Assembly (NCBI GenBank): GCA_025594325.1
Contig: JANHCV010000001.1
Coordinates: forward strand, 4,402,001-4,466,000
DNA from: Blastocladiella emersonii ATCC 22665
Lineage: Eukaryota > Fungi > Blastocladiomycota
Direction: 5' to 3'
DNA: 64,000 bases
Shown here: in pieces, positions 1 through 12,127 of the stretch
Numbering within the stretch: the stretch's first letter is position 1
Layout: every line of letters starts with the position of its first letter
Translations under genes and position numbers: made by a program
The notes under the pieces: model-generated
What the model was told of the DNA's origin: nothing
Seen by the model: the letters and a program-made list of their open reading frames with translations, nothing else
The model's database searches: none

Positions 1-110
1 CCGCGCCGTTCCGCGCACGGATCAGCGCGGCCCGCGAGCCCGCGCACGTCGACCGTGACGTCTGCCCGCCCCTCTACGTGCCAGTCCCCACCCCGCAACT
101 CCCCGCCATC

Positions 111-439
111 ATGTCGTACTGGAAGACCGCCGGCCTCTCGTTCGTGCCTCTCGACTCTGGCCGCCGCGGATCCCCCTCCCGCTAACCCGTGCCCGTGCCC
201 CTCCAGGTACCTGCAGTACCTCAACATCGCCTCGCGCGCGACCCGCAACGCCCTCAAGGCCGACCTCAAGGTGGTCGCTGCCCGCCGCGACGAGCAGACC
301 CTCAAGGTCTCCAAGTGGGTCCAGGGCAAGCAGGGTGAGGCTGTACGTGCTCTCCCTCCTATACTGCACGGCGAAGACCGGTCGCTAACTCCGACACGCT
401 GCGCTTCTGTAGAAGGACGTCCTTGCCCCCAAGGCCTAA
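111..439 (+). CDS. ATP15: Mitochondrial F1 ATP synthase epsilon subunit; 3 exons (111-139, 207-342, 413-439)
   Basis: Spliced product MSYWKTAGLSYLQYLNIASRATRNALKADLKVVAARRDEQTLKVSKWVQGKQGEAKDVLAPKA matches the epsilon pattern (W..AGLSY..YLNIA...R.ALK). Both introns are GT..GCTAAC..AG. Confidence 0.9.
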
Positions 440-752
440 GCGGCGACTCCCTCGCGCTTCCTGTACATGCCCTCGTCCGGGCGTGGTTGTCACGGCGGGT
501 GACCCTGCTCGCCGTCGGCTGCGCCACGGGCTTCTCTCCCCTCACCGAAATTCCTACCGTACCCCTCGTCTACTCGCGCCGAATGCTGAATGGATCGTGT
601 TTTGAATCACCATCGCGCGCGCGCCGCTCATCAGATCGTCACGTCCGAGCCAGGAAGTGAGTGCAGTCAGGCAGAACAAATCAAATTGGACAGGTGGTGA
701 GAGGGGAGATCGTGGGGTAGAGACAAGGAGAGTAGCACTCGGGTCCGAGCAC

Positions 753-1532
753 TTAGTGGTGGTGGTGGTGCTCCTGCTCGAAGCGGATGCCGCAGTAGCC
801 GCACGAGTGGTTGCCGGGCTGGTCCAGGTTGATGTACACCTTGGGGTGGCCGAGCGGGCCGCCTACGTGATCCGCGAGTCAGCGACCGCGTTGCGAGGAC
901 CTGAGCAGAGGAAGGGTACGAACCGCCGCCGTCGCACGCGACGATGCGCTTGTTGACCTTGCGCACGGGCTCCTGCGCGATCAGGTCCATGGCCGGCGTG
1001 GGCTTGGGCTACACGGCGCACGCAAGGTCAGAGCTATGGTCTCCCATTGAACAGAACCCGTCGAACGCACCTGAGCCTCGAGGTCAATCTGCTCGAAGCG
1101 GGGGCCGGTCATGACCACCTCCTTGCGCTTGTAGTAGGCGTAGTCCTTGGACGACACCGTCGCCGTGGCGGTCGCCTTGGGGGCAGCGGCCACCTCGGAC
1201 GAGAGGAGACGCTAGACATCAACGGAAGTACGTGACGTCGTCAGGGCCGAGTCCACCTTGTGTTGCTCCATCACCGCTGGGTGTGCTCGCGAGGGAGGGT
1301 GGGGTTCGCGCGGGCGAGATCGGCGGGGAGCAGGCTCAAGCGCCCGTCTGCGAGAGACACGGTCCGGTGTTGATACATGGTAGGCCCTGGGCCAGTCGTG
1401 ATACATTGCATGTTGCGCGGTTCCCTCCCTCCTCCCTCCCTCGCAAGTCGATCCATGGTCATGGTTCCGAGGCAGGAAACCCACCAGAGCGGGGCGGCGC
1501 ACGGCCGCGGCACGGGACGTGAAGCGAAGCAT
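753..1532 (-). CDS. NDUFS6: Complex I 13 kDa-A subunit (zf-CHCC); 4 exons
   Basis: Spliced peptides [68 protein letters not shown]. Exon 1 (1485-1532) encodes transit-peptide-like [16 protein letters not shown]. Confidence 0.9.
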
Positions 1533-1963
1533 GGTTGCACACAAGTTGTGGGACACGGTCGCCGCCACCGCGGGCGCGGCCACGGCCTCGATGGGTGCGC
1601 TCGGGCACGGCGGCCAGCGCCGCGGCGACGCAGCGAGGCGCAAGCGGCGGTCACTCCCGATCACATGATGCGCCCGATCGTGAGGAGCGCGTTCGCGCCG
1701 ACGCGCCGGCCGTCCCACCGTCGTCGTCCTGTCCCTCCTCTGCTCCGCATCTGCCGTGAGTTTGCCAGCTGCTCAACCATCGGCCTCGGCCTCCATGTAA
1801 ACACTCTCGCAAGGCGCGCCATACTCATCGCCGCGCTCCCACGCCTCGACCTGCGACGACGGCTGTGAGTCAGACCCAGCGGCCGCCCTCAAGTACGCCC
1901 CCGCGTCCGTCAAGCTTCCCTACGGCTCGGTGCTGATACGAACCGCAGCTCCAACCTATCCAG

Positions 1964-4943
1964 ATGACTGGCCCGCTCGTCGTCTGGGACCCCGAGGACG
2001 AGGTCCCCACGCCCGTCAGCGCGGCGCCTGCTGCTGCCCCACCCGCACCAACACCCGCACCACCTATCGCAGCGCAGCCACCAGCACCACAAAAACCGGT
2101 CCATCCCTTCTTTCTCCCGCGATCCGCTCGCGCGCCACCACCTGAGCCGGCGCCTGCACCGCCCGCTGAACCCGCTCCCGTCGCCGCAAATGCCGCTGCT
2201 GCGCCCAAACCCGCGCCAAAGGAGCCCTCGGGCGAGCCACGCAAGCTGCATCCGCTCTTTGCCGCGGCGCGTCAGGCCAAGGCTACCGCTCCTGCCGCCG
2301 CCGCCGAACCCGCACCCTCGGGCCCGCGGCGGAGCACGCGCCAGCGGCGCACGACGCAGCCTGCAGCACCACCCGCCGGTGATGACGGTGACGATGTGAT
2401 CTACGTCCCGTCCGACGGCAGCGACGACGACGCGATGCCGCGCGCCAAGGGCAAGCGCGCCGGCCGCTCGCCCGCGGTGAACACGCGCGCCAAGAAGCGC
2501 TCGCGCACCGGCAAGCTCCCGTTCGCCGCCGCGAGTCCGAGCAGTGAAACGACCGTGATTGACCTCCTCGACGACGACGACGATGCCGCTGATGACGGGA
2601 CCGGCGAGTCCGTGTCCGTCGCCGCCCAGGCCGCGCAGCTCGACCTGCTCGCCGCCAAGAAGCGGTCCGACGACCTAATGCGCAGCTTCTTCAAGTCACG
2701 CCCGGCGCCGCCGGGCGAGTCGACGTCAGCTGCCCCTAATGCGCCTGCCCCGCACCCGTTCTTCTCGGTCCGCTCCAAGGCCGCTCAGCCGCCACCAGCG
2801 GCCGCTGTCGTAGATGATGTGGCGCCGACGTCGGGTCCCGTTCGCCGCATCCCTGCATCGACGGCCGGGACCGGGTTCGTGCCCAAAAAGTCGGTCCCGG
2901 CGACGCCTGTCGGGCTCTCGCTACCGTGGCCCGGCGCCGACATGGTCCACGTCAACCCGCCCCCGTCCATCCCCGCTGTTGAGCGCGACCTCGCCTGCCG
3001 ATTCGGCGCTCGCTCCCCGTCGATCCCGCCGCCACTCGCTGCCGACCACGACGCCGTGCGGTGGCAAGTCGACCCACCACCACCCTCTTCTTCCGCCCAC
3101 CTCCGCCCCTGCTCGCTCGAAGACGCGCAAGCGCAACTCGACGCGCTTCCCGCGAGCCGCCGGTCCGCGGCCTCGACGTTCGACGTGGCCGAGCTCGTCC
3201 GCCGCCGCAGCGAGTCGGACGCGTCGGCGCCCTGGACCGTGCGGTACGCGCCGCAGCGCGCGGGCCACGTCCTCGGCCACCGCGCCCACGCCGAGCGGCT
3301 CACGCGCTGGCTCGCCGACTGGCAGCTGCCGACCAAGCTCGAGGCCGAGATTGGCCGGAAACGCGCCAGCAGCGGCGCTAAGAAGCAGCAGCAGCAGCAG
3401 CCGAAGCGCAAGAAGCGGCGGCGGCAGCGGCTGTGCGATCTCGGGTCGGACCTCGACGATTTTGTCGTCGACGACGAGGACGACGAGAGCGGGGTGTCGA
3501 CGGACGCGGGCGGCGGCGGGTCGCAGTGGGACGCCGACGATGCCGACGAGGTTGTCCCCGCACCGCGCTCGCGGGCGCGGGTCGTGGTCGATGACGACGA
3601 CGACAAGGACGGCGAGTACTGCGACTCGGCCCCGTCCTCGTCGCGCCGCAAGTCGCGCCGCGCGGCCGCGCTCGAGCAGGTCGACCAGCTCAACGGCGCG
3701 TACGTGCTCGCGGGCGCGCCGGGCGTCGGCAAGTCGGCGCTCGTGTACGCGGCAGCGCGCGAGGCCGGGTTCACCGTGTTCGAGGTCAACACGGGGTCGC
3801 CGCGCGGCGCCAAGGACGTCGAGGCGCTCCTCGGCGAGATCGTCGAGAACCACACGGTCGTCGGGTCGGGCGTCGGGCAGTCGGTCGCGATCCTGATCGA
3901 GGACGCTGACGTCGTGTTTGACGAGGACCGCGGGCTGTGGCTCGGCGTCGCTGCGCTCGCCGCCAAGGCGCGCCGGCCTATCATCATCACCTGCTCCGAT
4001 GCGGCAGTTGTCCCGACCGACCAGTTCCAGATCGCGCACTCGGTCACGCTCAGCCCAGTTCCCGCCCACGAGATCGCCGCGTACGCGCACGCGGTGCTCG
4101 TCGCCGAGGGTACCCCGTGCGACCTCGCGAGCGTCCAGCGGGTCGTAGACGGGATGCAGCCGCTCGACGTGCGCGCCGCGCTCAACAACATCCAGTTCCT
4201 CGCCCGCGCGGTCTCGGACACCGAGTCGGCCGCGCCCGCTGCAACTATGAGCGATGCGTCGGACCTCGGGGGTCGACTCGGCGCGCTCGAGACATGGACC
4301 GCCATGGACGCCGCCCTAAACCATCTGTCGCACCGGTCCGGCCGCGAGCACCCGCTCGACGCGCTCGAGCCCGAGAACCCGCCGCCCGAGCACCCCGACG
4401 CATTCGTCTTGCCCGACGACCACCGCCTCATCGTGCGGCCGTGGGTGTACGACGCGGCGCTCGATGCCGTGTGCGCGTCGGCGAAGTGGCTCGCGCAGCA
4501 CCTCAGCAAGCTCCCGTGCTGGACGCGGTCCGACAGCGAGGACCTGGTCGACGTCGAGTACCCGCTCGAGTACCTCGTGCGCGCGGGGTCCAACGGGCGC
4601 GCGTTTGCTCAGCCTGCCGCGACGCACGCCGAGGATCTCGCGGTGCTCGCGACGCTCGCTCGGCTCGATCTTGCGCAGCTGGACGCGGCTGAGGCCATGC
4701 TCGCGAGCGCGCCGGGGCGACGGTCGACGCGCCGGTACGTTCGCTCCTTATCACCACTCAAGGCGCTCCGCTAACCTCACTCTCGATCCGCGTAGACGCA
4801 TGCTCGGGTACGAAACCCACCTCGGGATCCGCCGCGACAAGCTCGAGACCCTCATCGCGTCCCGCGCCGGCCTGCTCCTGCTGCCCGATGGCGAGCCCGA
4901 ACCATCACCATCCGACGAGCCCATGGTCGACATTGGGGCGTGA
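1964..4943 (+). CDS. ELG1: ELG1/ATAD5-like AAA+ subunit of the alternative RFC clamp unloader
   Basis: W(T)VRYAPQRAGHVLG motif, Walker A GAPGVGKS, FEVNTGSPR, Walker B ILIEDAD, KARRPIIITC, DVRAALNNIQF. Intron 4735-4795 (GTACGT..GCTAAC..TAG) extends the frame to the stop at 4943. Confidence 0.8.
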
Positions 4944-5145
4944 GTGAGATGAATATAGCCTCCCTTTTGCGTGCACGCATGCGGTACCGTCTCGTGCCGG
5001 ACGAGGGACGCGAACGTGATGAACGACGCGTGGCGCGACGCGTCCTCGGGGAACCGAGCGAATCCCATGACAGTTGGCGATCCGCCTCCTTTCCGCCCAT
5101 TCGGGATACCCCGACCTGCCATGCAACTCTGAGCAACGACCAGCG

Positions 5146-8100
5146 ATGCCGACTGCGACTAAGGACGGCAACGGGTCCAGCCCGACCGGCCTCCCGCTGC
5201 TGCGGGCAAAACTCGCGCGCGAGATCGTGTCGCGGGCCGAGAGCGGCGCAATGCTGCGCACCCGGTCGGGCAGCGGGTCGGCAGGGTCACCGACGTCGCC
5301 CGACGGGTCGACAAGCAACGCGTCGCGGTTCCCGACGCAGCCGGACCTCGCGAAGCTGTGTCAGGTACGGCTAGCCGTGCCGCACACGCAAAGACCACGG
5401 AGAGCTCACAGCAAACAACGTGTAGCCACCGAGCGACGAAGCCGCGCTCGCGAAACGCATCTCGCTCGGGTGCGCGCTCAACCACCCCATCGACTCGCAG
5501 GGGAACACGCCGCTGCACCTGGCCGTGCTACATGGCGACCGCGCGCTCGTCGCGCTGCTGCTGCGCAAGGGCGCCGACCCGAACGTGCAGAACTGCGCGG
5601 GCTTGTCGCCGCTTGACGTGGCCGACGCGCTCGAGCGGACCAAGGACGCGGTCCCGCCGCCGGCCCCGGTGCCCGCGACGCCGACGACGCCCGGCTCAGC
5701 GACGACACCGGTCACGCCCAAGCCGCCAAAGGGCGTCCTCTCGCCCGACGCGGGCCCGTCGATCGCGTGCCTGCTCGAGCGGTTCGGGTCCGTGGACCGC
5801 GATGCACTGGCGCCGACGCGCGACTTTGACGCGCGCCCGGCGCTCGCGCTGAGCACCAACGACCTGCTGTCCGCAGCGACGTCGCCGCACGTGCTCGCGA
5901 CGCTCGGCCAGACGTGGCACCTTCTCCCGCTCATCAACCCGCTGACGCTGGACGCCGTGGACCGGTCGTCGCCGGGGGATCCAGGGACGACGCCGCTGAT
6001 GCGGGCGGCGGCGGGCGGACACGCGGACCTGGTCGCGAAACTGATCGCGCGCGGGGCGAACCTGCGCGTCACGGACCGCAAAAAGTTCACGGCGCTGACG
6101 TGGGCGGCGGCCGGCGGGTGGCGCGGGACCGTCGCCGAGCTGCTGTCGGACCCGCACCCGCGGCCGTCGGACGCGGGCGTGGGCGCCGCCGTGTCGCCGC
6201 TGCTCGTCGCGAGCTTCTTCGGACACACCGAGGTCGTCGACCTGCTGCTCGCGCACGGGTGGAAGCCCGGCGTCGCGGACGTCATGATGAGCGCGTGGAT
6301 GCGCCACGGCGGCGTGCTCGACCGCCTGCTGTCCGCAGGCGGCCCGCTGCTGCAGCCGTTCCTCGCGTGGCTCGCGCGCGGGCGGAGTGCGCGGCACGAG
6401 TGGGAGGCGCGGCACTGCTTCCTGCACGACCAGGGCACCGATCCGGCGACGGCCTCGGCCATGGTGGCGGCAGCGGGCAGTGGGGGTGGGGGCGGCGCGG
6501 CGGCCACGGGTCTGTCGAGCGCGTCGCTCGCCGACGTCGAGATCGAGCGGCTCCTCACGGTTGCGAGCCCCGAGTCGGCGCTGACGGCGGGCAAGGCGTA
6601 CGTCAAGTCGGTGCCGACCAAGACGGCGCACCAGGCCGGGCACGACCTGCGGTCCGAGCTGCAGCAGCAGGAGGTGTCGCGCATGCTGCGGATCCGCGGC
6701 GGCGAGGTCGCGCCGTTCCGCCGCGGGCCCATCCTGGTCGGCCGGCGCCGGCGCGGGCGGCCCGGGTCACCCGCCAGTGCGTCACCGCGCGAGGACGGCG
6801 AGGGCGACGACGACGAGGAGAGCGCATGGGTCATCAGCGACGCGCTGGTTGAGCAGGTCAAGGCCGAGTACCGCGACCAGTACCGGGCGGTCGCGCAGGC
6901 GCTGCCGTCGCGCGGGACAGAGATCGACGTGGACGTGGCGATCCTCGCGGTGCAGGTGCTCGAGCTGTTCAAGTGCGCATCCGACGGCGACAACAGCAAG
7001 TACACGGCGCACTCGGTCAAGATCGCGAGCCAGGTGCAGACGTGCGAGGCCAAGTTCCACCGCACGAAAACGTCGCGGTGGCCGCACCGGATCCAGAAGC
7101 TGCTCGCGGACCGGTGCCAGTACGCCGAGGACGAGCTGGTCCCGGACCTGATCAAGTCGACGCGGCTCGCGTCGGGCATCTGGCCGCCGCCGACCGCCGT
7201 CGCCAACATGCTGTCCGCGGCCGACCGCGTGCTAAGGTTCATGCGCGGCGTCGCCGAGATCGCCAACGCGGCGGGCGTGTGGCCGTGCGGCCGCATCGCG
7301 CCGGCCGCGCTCGTCCGGCACCCATCCTTCTCGCGCGGCCCGCTCACCTTCGCGTCGTACCGCCGCGACAACCAGCTGCACCTGATCGACGCGCTGACGC
7401 AGAAGGCCGGGTCGCGCAGCAGCACCGTGAGCCGGGCGCCCAAGACCGCGGCGACCGCGGCGCGCGGGAACCCCGAGGACGAGCGGTTTTTTGCCACCGA
7501 CATTGACCCGGTCGTGTCGCAGTTTGTCGCGGCGGTCCGCGGCCTGCGCGACGCGGCGCGCGCCGACGCCAAGCAGGTGTACCGGTCGCAGAGCCAGGCG
7601 ATCCACGCGCACATTGACCAGCTCGTCGACGAGGTCCAGGGGTACTCGCTGTTCCGCGGCGGGATCCCGCCCACGCTCATGACCGACGACGGCAAGGCCA
7701 CGCTCCCGGCGACCATGGCAAGGCGCGTCGCCGCGGTCCGTCAGTCGGCGGACACGCTCGTCCAGCGCGCCGTCGTCGCCTCGGGCGTGTGGCCGCCGCC
7801 GACCGCGCCGAAAGACCTCGTCGACGCGCTGCTCCCGTGCGCGGTCGCCGTCAAGGAGGTGGTCGAGTTTGCGCGCGCGGCCGCAGCCATCGTGCGCAAG
7901 TCGGGCGACGCCGAGATGGCGCGCGCCGAGGAGCGCCAGCGCATCTGGATGCACGGCGAGCAGGTCCGCACCATGTTCCAGCTGTGGGAGAGCGCGGGCA
8001 ACAGCGAGGAGAAGCACGCGCCGTCGGCGGCCGCGGTCCGGTCGTCGGTCGTGCTCCGCGACAGCGGGTGGCTCGAGGATCCGTCCGACGGGCTCGTGTT

Positions 8101-9614
8101 TGACGAGACGCACGGGTACGTCCGCGGCGGGCGGCTGATCCGCCTCGTCGAGCGGTTGACGCATCACGAGAAATTTGGCACGGTTACACGAGCGTGGCCG
8201 TCGTGAGCGAGGTGCTGACCATCGACCGCGGGTAGACGAGTCGTTCATCAAGGCGTTCCTCATGACGCACCACTCGTTCACGACCTCGCTCGACCTGCTC
8301 GCTGTCCTGTTCAAGCGGTACGACCAGGCGCCGCCGTTCGGCATCAACGACGAGGAGGTGTTCCGCGCCTATGTCGAGCTGAAGGTGATGCCGGTCAAGG
8401 CCAAGTACGGTTTTCGGTGGTGACTGACGATGGCCATCGCGTACTGACCCCATGGCCTCGGACGTAGGGTCCTTAACGTGATCATGATCTGGGTCAACAG
8501 CTTCTTTGCCGACTTTCTCAACGACGAAAAGGCGCTTATGGTCAAGCTCAAGGAGTTTATCAATCTCAAGGCCGCGCACGATTTCCCGAGCAAGGCCGAG
8601 CAGATCATGAACCAGCTCGCCAACCAGGTCCGTTACCGTGGTCGCGTACCTGATGCTCGCGCTGACTTTTGTGGAGCTTGTAGCTCGCGGCCCTCGACAG
8701 CGCCGAGCTCCCGCTGGACACCAAGGTCGCGCCCAAACCGGTCCTGTCCAAGGCGCTGTCGAAGCTCGAGGAGCTCGCGGTCGGCGCGGTCATGGACGTG
8801 GACCCGCTCGAGGTCGCGCGCCAGTGGACGCTGATCGAGGCCAAGTTCTTCCGCGCCATCAGGTACGGACGGTTCATGGCCACGCTCTCCCCCGCCATCA
8901 AACTGACATCCACCGTCGTCGTGTAGCAACAAGGAGTGGATCAACCAGATCTGGGGCCGCGCGCACGAGGCGAGCCGGATCAAGGCGCCGACCATCGACA
9001 ACATGATCATGACGACGAACCGCGTCACGAAGCTCATCGCCAACATGGTCGTCAGCGCCGAGAAGGAGCGCGAGCGGCACGCGGTCATCAAGTACTGGAT
9101 CCACGTCGCGCAGGCGTGTGCGACGCTGCAGAACTTCAACGCGGTCACGGCGGTGGTCGCGGGCCTGACCATGGGTCCCGTGCGGCGGCTCGACAAGACG
9201 TGGAAGTCGTTCAACCAGAAACACCCGAAATCGAGCGAGGCCTTCACCAAGCTGTCGGACGTGGTGAGCACGAGCGGGCAGTACCTCAACTACCGGCGCA
9301 TGATCAAGGCGGTGCACCCGCCGTGCATCCCGTTCCTGGGCGTGTTCATCACGGACCTGACCTTCATCGAGGACGGCAACCCGGACTACCTGCCCGAGAA
9401 CCACCTCATCAACTTCGAGAAGCGGCGCAAGGTCGCGGCCATCATCGAGGAGATCACGCGGTGGCAGCGGTCGTGCCGGTACCACCTGTACCCGGTGCCC
9501 GCGCTGCAGAAGTTCCTCACGGACCTGCGCACCAACGAGCTGACCGAGCGCGCGCTGTACGACCTGAGTCTCAAGGCGGAGCCGATCCAGGACGACGACG
9601 ACGATGACGAGTGA
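5146..9614 (+). CDS. Ankyrin-repeat-containing Ras guanine nucleotide exchange factor (REM + CDC25 domains); about 6 exons
   Basis: ANK repeats (GNTPLHLAVLHG..LLRKGADPN; GTTPLMRAAAGGH). REM domain (VRGGRLIRLVERLT..DESFIKAFLMTHHSF). CDC25 domain (DPLEVARQWTLIE; LQNFNAVTAVVAGL; PCIPFLGVFITDLTFIEDGN; INFEKRRK). Confidence 0.88.
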
Positions 9615-9816
9615 GATCGGGCGAGAGCAGCGAGGATGGACAAAAAAACATGCATGAAATCAAAAGGTAGAGTGAGCGGGAGGACGCAAGACCCAGCGTG
9701 GTGCCACGTCGCGCGCACAGACACGGCTAAGAGGAGGGGAGGGGAGGGAGAGGAGATGCGCGCGACACGCCACAACCACAACGGACCTCGGACCCGAGCA
9801 ACGCCAGACAGCTCGT

Positions 9817-11133
9817 TTAGGGCTTCTTGTACAGGTTGGCCATGGTGTTGTCGGAGCGGTGCGACAGGCGGTCGACCTTGTCGAAGAGGCTGCGACGGGT
9901 CTGGGCGGACTGCGAGAAGGAGGTCACGCCGTCCTCGGACATGGTGACGGTGAGGGACTCGTCGGCGAGAGTGGGGATGGACTCGGCGTCGACGCCGAGG
10001 AGCGCGACGAGCTTCTCGGTGTGCAGCTGGGTGTACACGTTGGCGATGACCTGGAGGAACTGCTTGCGCAGGCCGGCGAGCAGGGCGTCGGCGTGCGGGG
10101 CGAGGAAGTAGTCGACCTTGACGAGCTCCTCGACGTCCTTGAGCGAGGCGGCGACCGACTCGAAGTCAATGTTGTTGAAGAGGTGCTCATAGATGTTGCA
10201 CAGCGGGTCCTGGACGCGGTAGCGCTCCTGGGTGGCGAAGCGGGCAATGTCGCGCGTGTTCTTGTAGGCGGACAGCGTCGAGGCGGCGACGACGTAGCGC
10301 AGCAGCCAGGGGGCGGCCGACTCGATGGCGTTCATGTAGGCCGAGTCGGTGAAGAGCTCCATGGCGCGGTCGAGGCCGTTCTCGGCGCGGAAGACGACGA
10401 AGAGGGCCCAGTGCAGGAGCCAGGTGCGCTGCTGCAGCGTGTGCGAGGCCGAGGCCAGCGGGGCGCCCTCGACGGCGTCGCGGACGCGGAACAGGGTGTC
10501 GACGGGCGAGGGCCCCTCGGCGGCGAGAATCACGGCGGCAAGCTTGCCCCACTGCGAGGCGAGGATCAGCTCCGAGTTGGTGGTGATGCGGCGGAACTGG
10601 TCGAGGGTCTTGGCGGCCTCGGTGTACATGCCGGCGTCGTACTGCAGCTTGCCGTGGTGGTACAGCTTCTCGATGGCGTCGGCCGAGATGCTGCACTTGT
10701 CCTGGATGTAGGCCGAGTTGGTGGCGCGGTCGGCGCGCAGGTTCTCGGCGTCCGACTCGATCACGTCGAGGATCGCCGACAGCTCGTCGTCGACGTTGTC
10801 GATCTTCAAGCGGGTCTCCTCGGCGCGGGCGACGACGTCTAGACGGGTGGGGTGTCTGGTGTGAGCCGAGCGGGGTCCGAACGGCGGCGGATCACAGCAG
10901 GCTCACGCACCAGCAATCGACGCGGGCTCGGCACCGGCAGCCTTGATCTCCTCGGCAATCTCCTCGGCGAGGTCGGCGCGCGAGGTGGAGCTGGCGACGG
11001 CGAGGGCCTTGGCGAGCACGTCGGCGGCGGGGTAGGCGCCCGACGCGGCGACATGGCGCAGCACGGGGACGGCGAGCTGCGCGTCCAGGTACTTGGCAAC
11101 GGTCGCCGTCAGGTCGTACTTCGTCGCGGTCAT
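9817..11133 (-). CDS. EIF3E: Translation initiation factor eIF3 subunit e (Int6); 2 exons
   Basis: N-terminus YDLTATVAKYLD..L; QQRTWLLHWALFVVF, YMNAIESAAPWLLRY, YRVQDPL, DYFL; PCI domain. Confidence 0.92.
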
Positions 11134-12127
11134 GGTGTGCGAGGGGTGGGTGGGCCAACCCGCCGTGGCCGCCGCCGCCGCCGTCGTCGTGAGCGGGCCG
11201 CCAGCGCACGGCGGTGCACGGCCGCGGCCACGGCGGCGACGGGAGGGAAAAAAGACGAGCTGCAGTTGATCGCGTGAGCGTCACCTGACGGTCGCGCGGC
11301 GCGTCTCCACGCGCTTTTTCGGCAGGCTCAGGCAGGAAAGGTCGCCGAGCCACCCGGTGCCGTGTTCCCCCTTGCCTCGCAGCCGTCCTTGCCCGTCCCC
11401 GAGACCCACACTCACACGCGGATTCCAATGGAAAGCAAATGGATCTGCAGTAGACGCTGCAACGCTTTTCCTTGCACGCAGTCCGTCGAAGCGCGCGGCT
11501 TCCTGAGCGGCGCCCCGAGAAATCTAATTCCGCCCCCCTTGTGCGCGCACAAGCCGGTTCTCACCCTCCCGCCCTCTCACCACGCTCCCGTCATCCGCTT
11601 GTGCTCCATCGGATGCCCGGGGCCCATGCGGGCGATGGTCCTGCGGTGACGACGCTCTCACGCGCCCGAGAACAAGGCGGCCGGGAGACTCGCCCGCTTG
11701 TTTTCTTCGCCCGCCTCTTGCTTTCTTCGTTCGCGTCTCGAAAGTCTCCCGTTGCATTCGCGCCCTTTCGTCCTCGGCTGCACCCCGCGATGCAGCGCGG
11801 ACCGAACAAGGCCCGCCGAGGCCGCGCTTGCCCGCCCCCGCGGACCGTGATCTCCTGGACCAGACACTTCTCGTCGTCCGCCGTTCCATCGGACACGCGT
11901 CGTGGGAGACGCGAGGGGTGCGCGCTTCGTTGTTCGATGGCACGGAGCATGCGGGCGGGTCTTGCCTCGTCGCGCCTTCCCGAATCAGCGTCAAAACACG
12001 GCCGCTGCTGCTGCCCCCACGCGCGCGTCGAGCTTGTTCGGAGCGTTCTCCCGCGCCTCCTCGCCGCCGACATATCATCTTCGCTGTCTCTCCAAACCGT
12101 TCGCTCGGCTATCTATCCTTCGCGACC

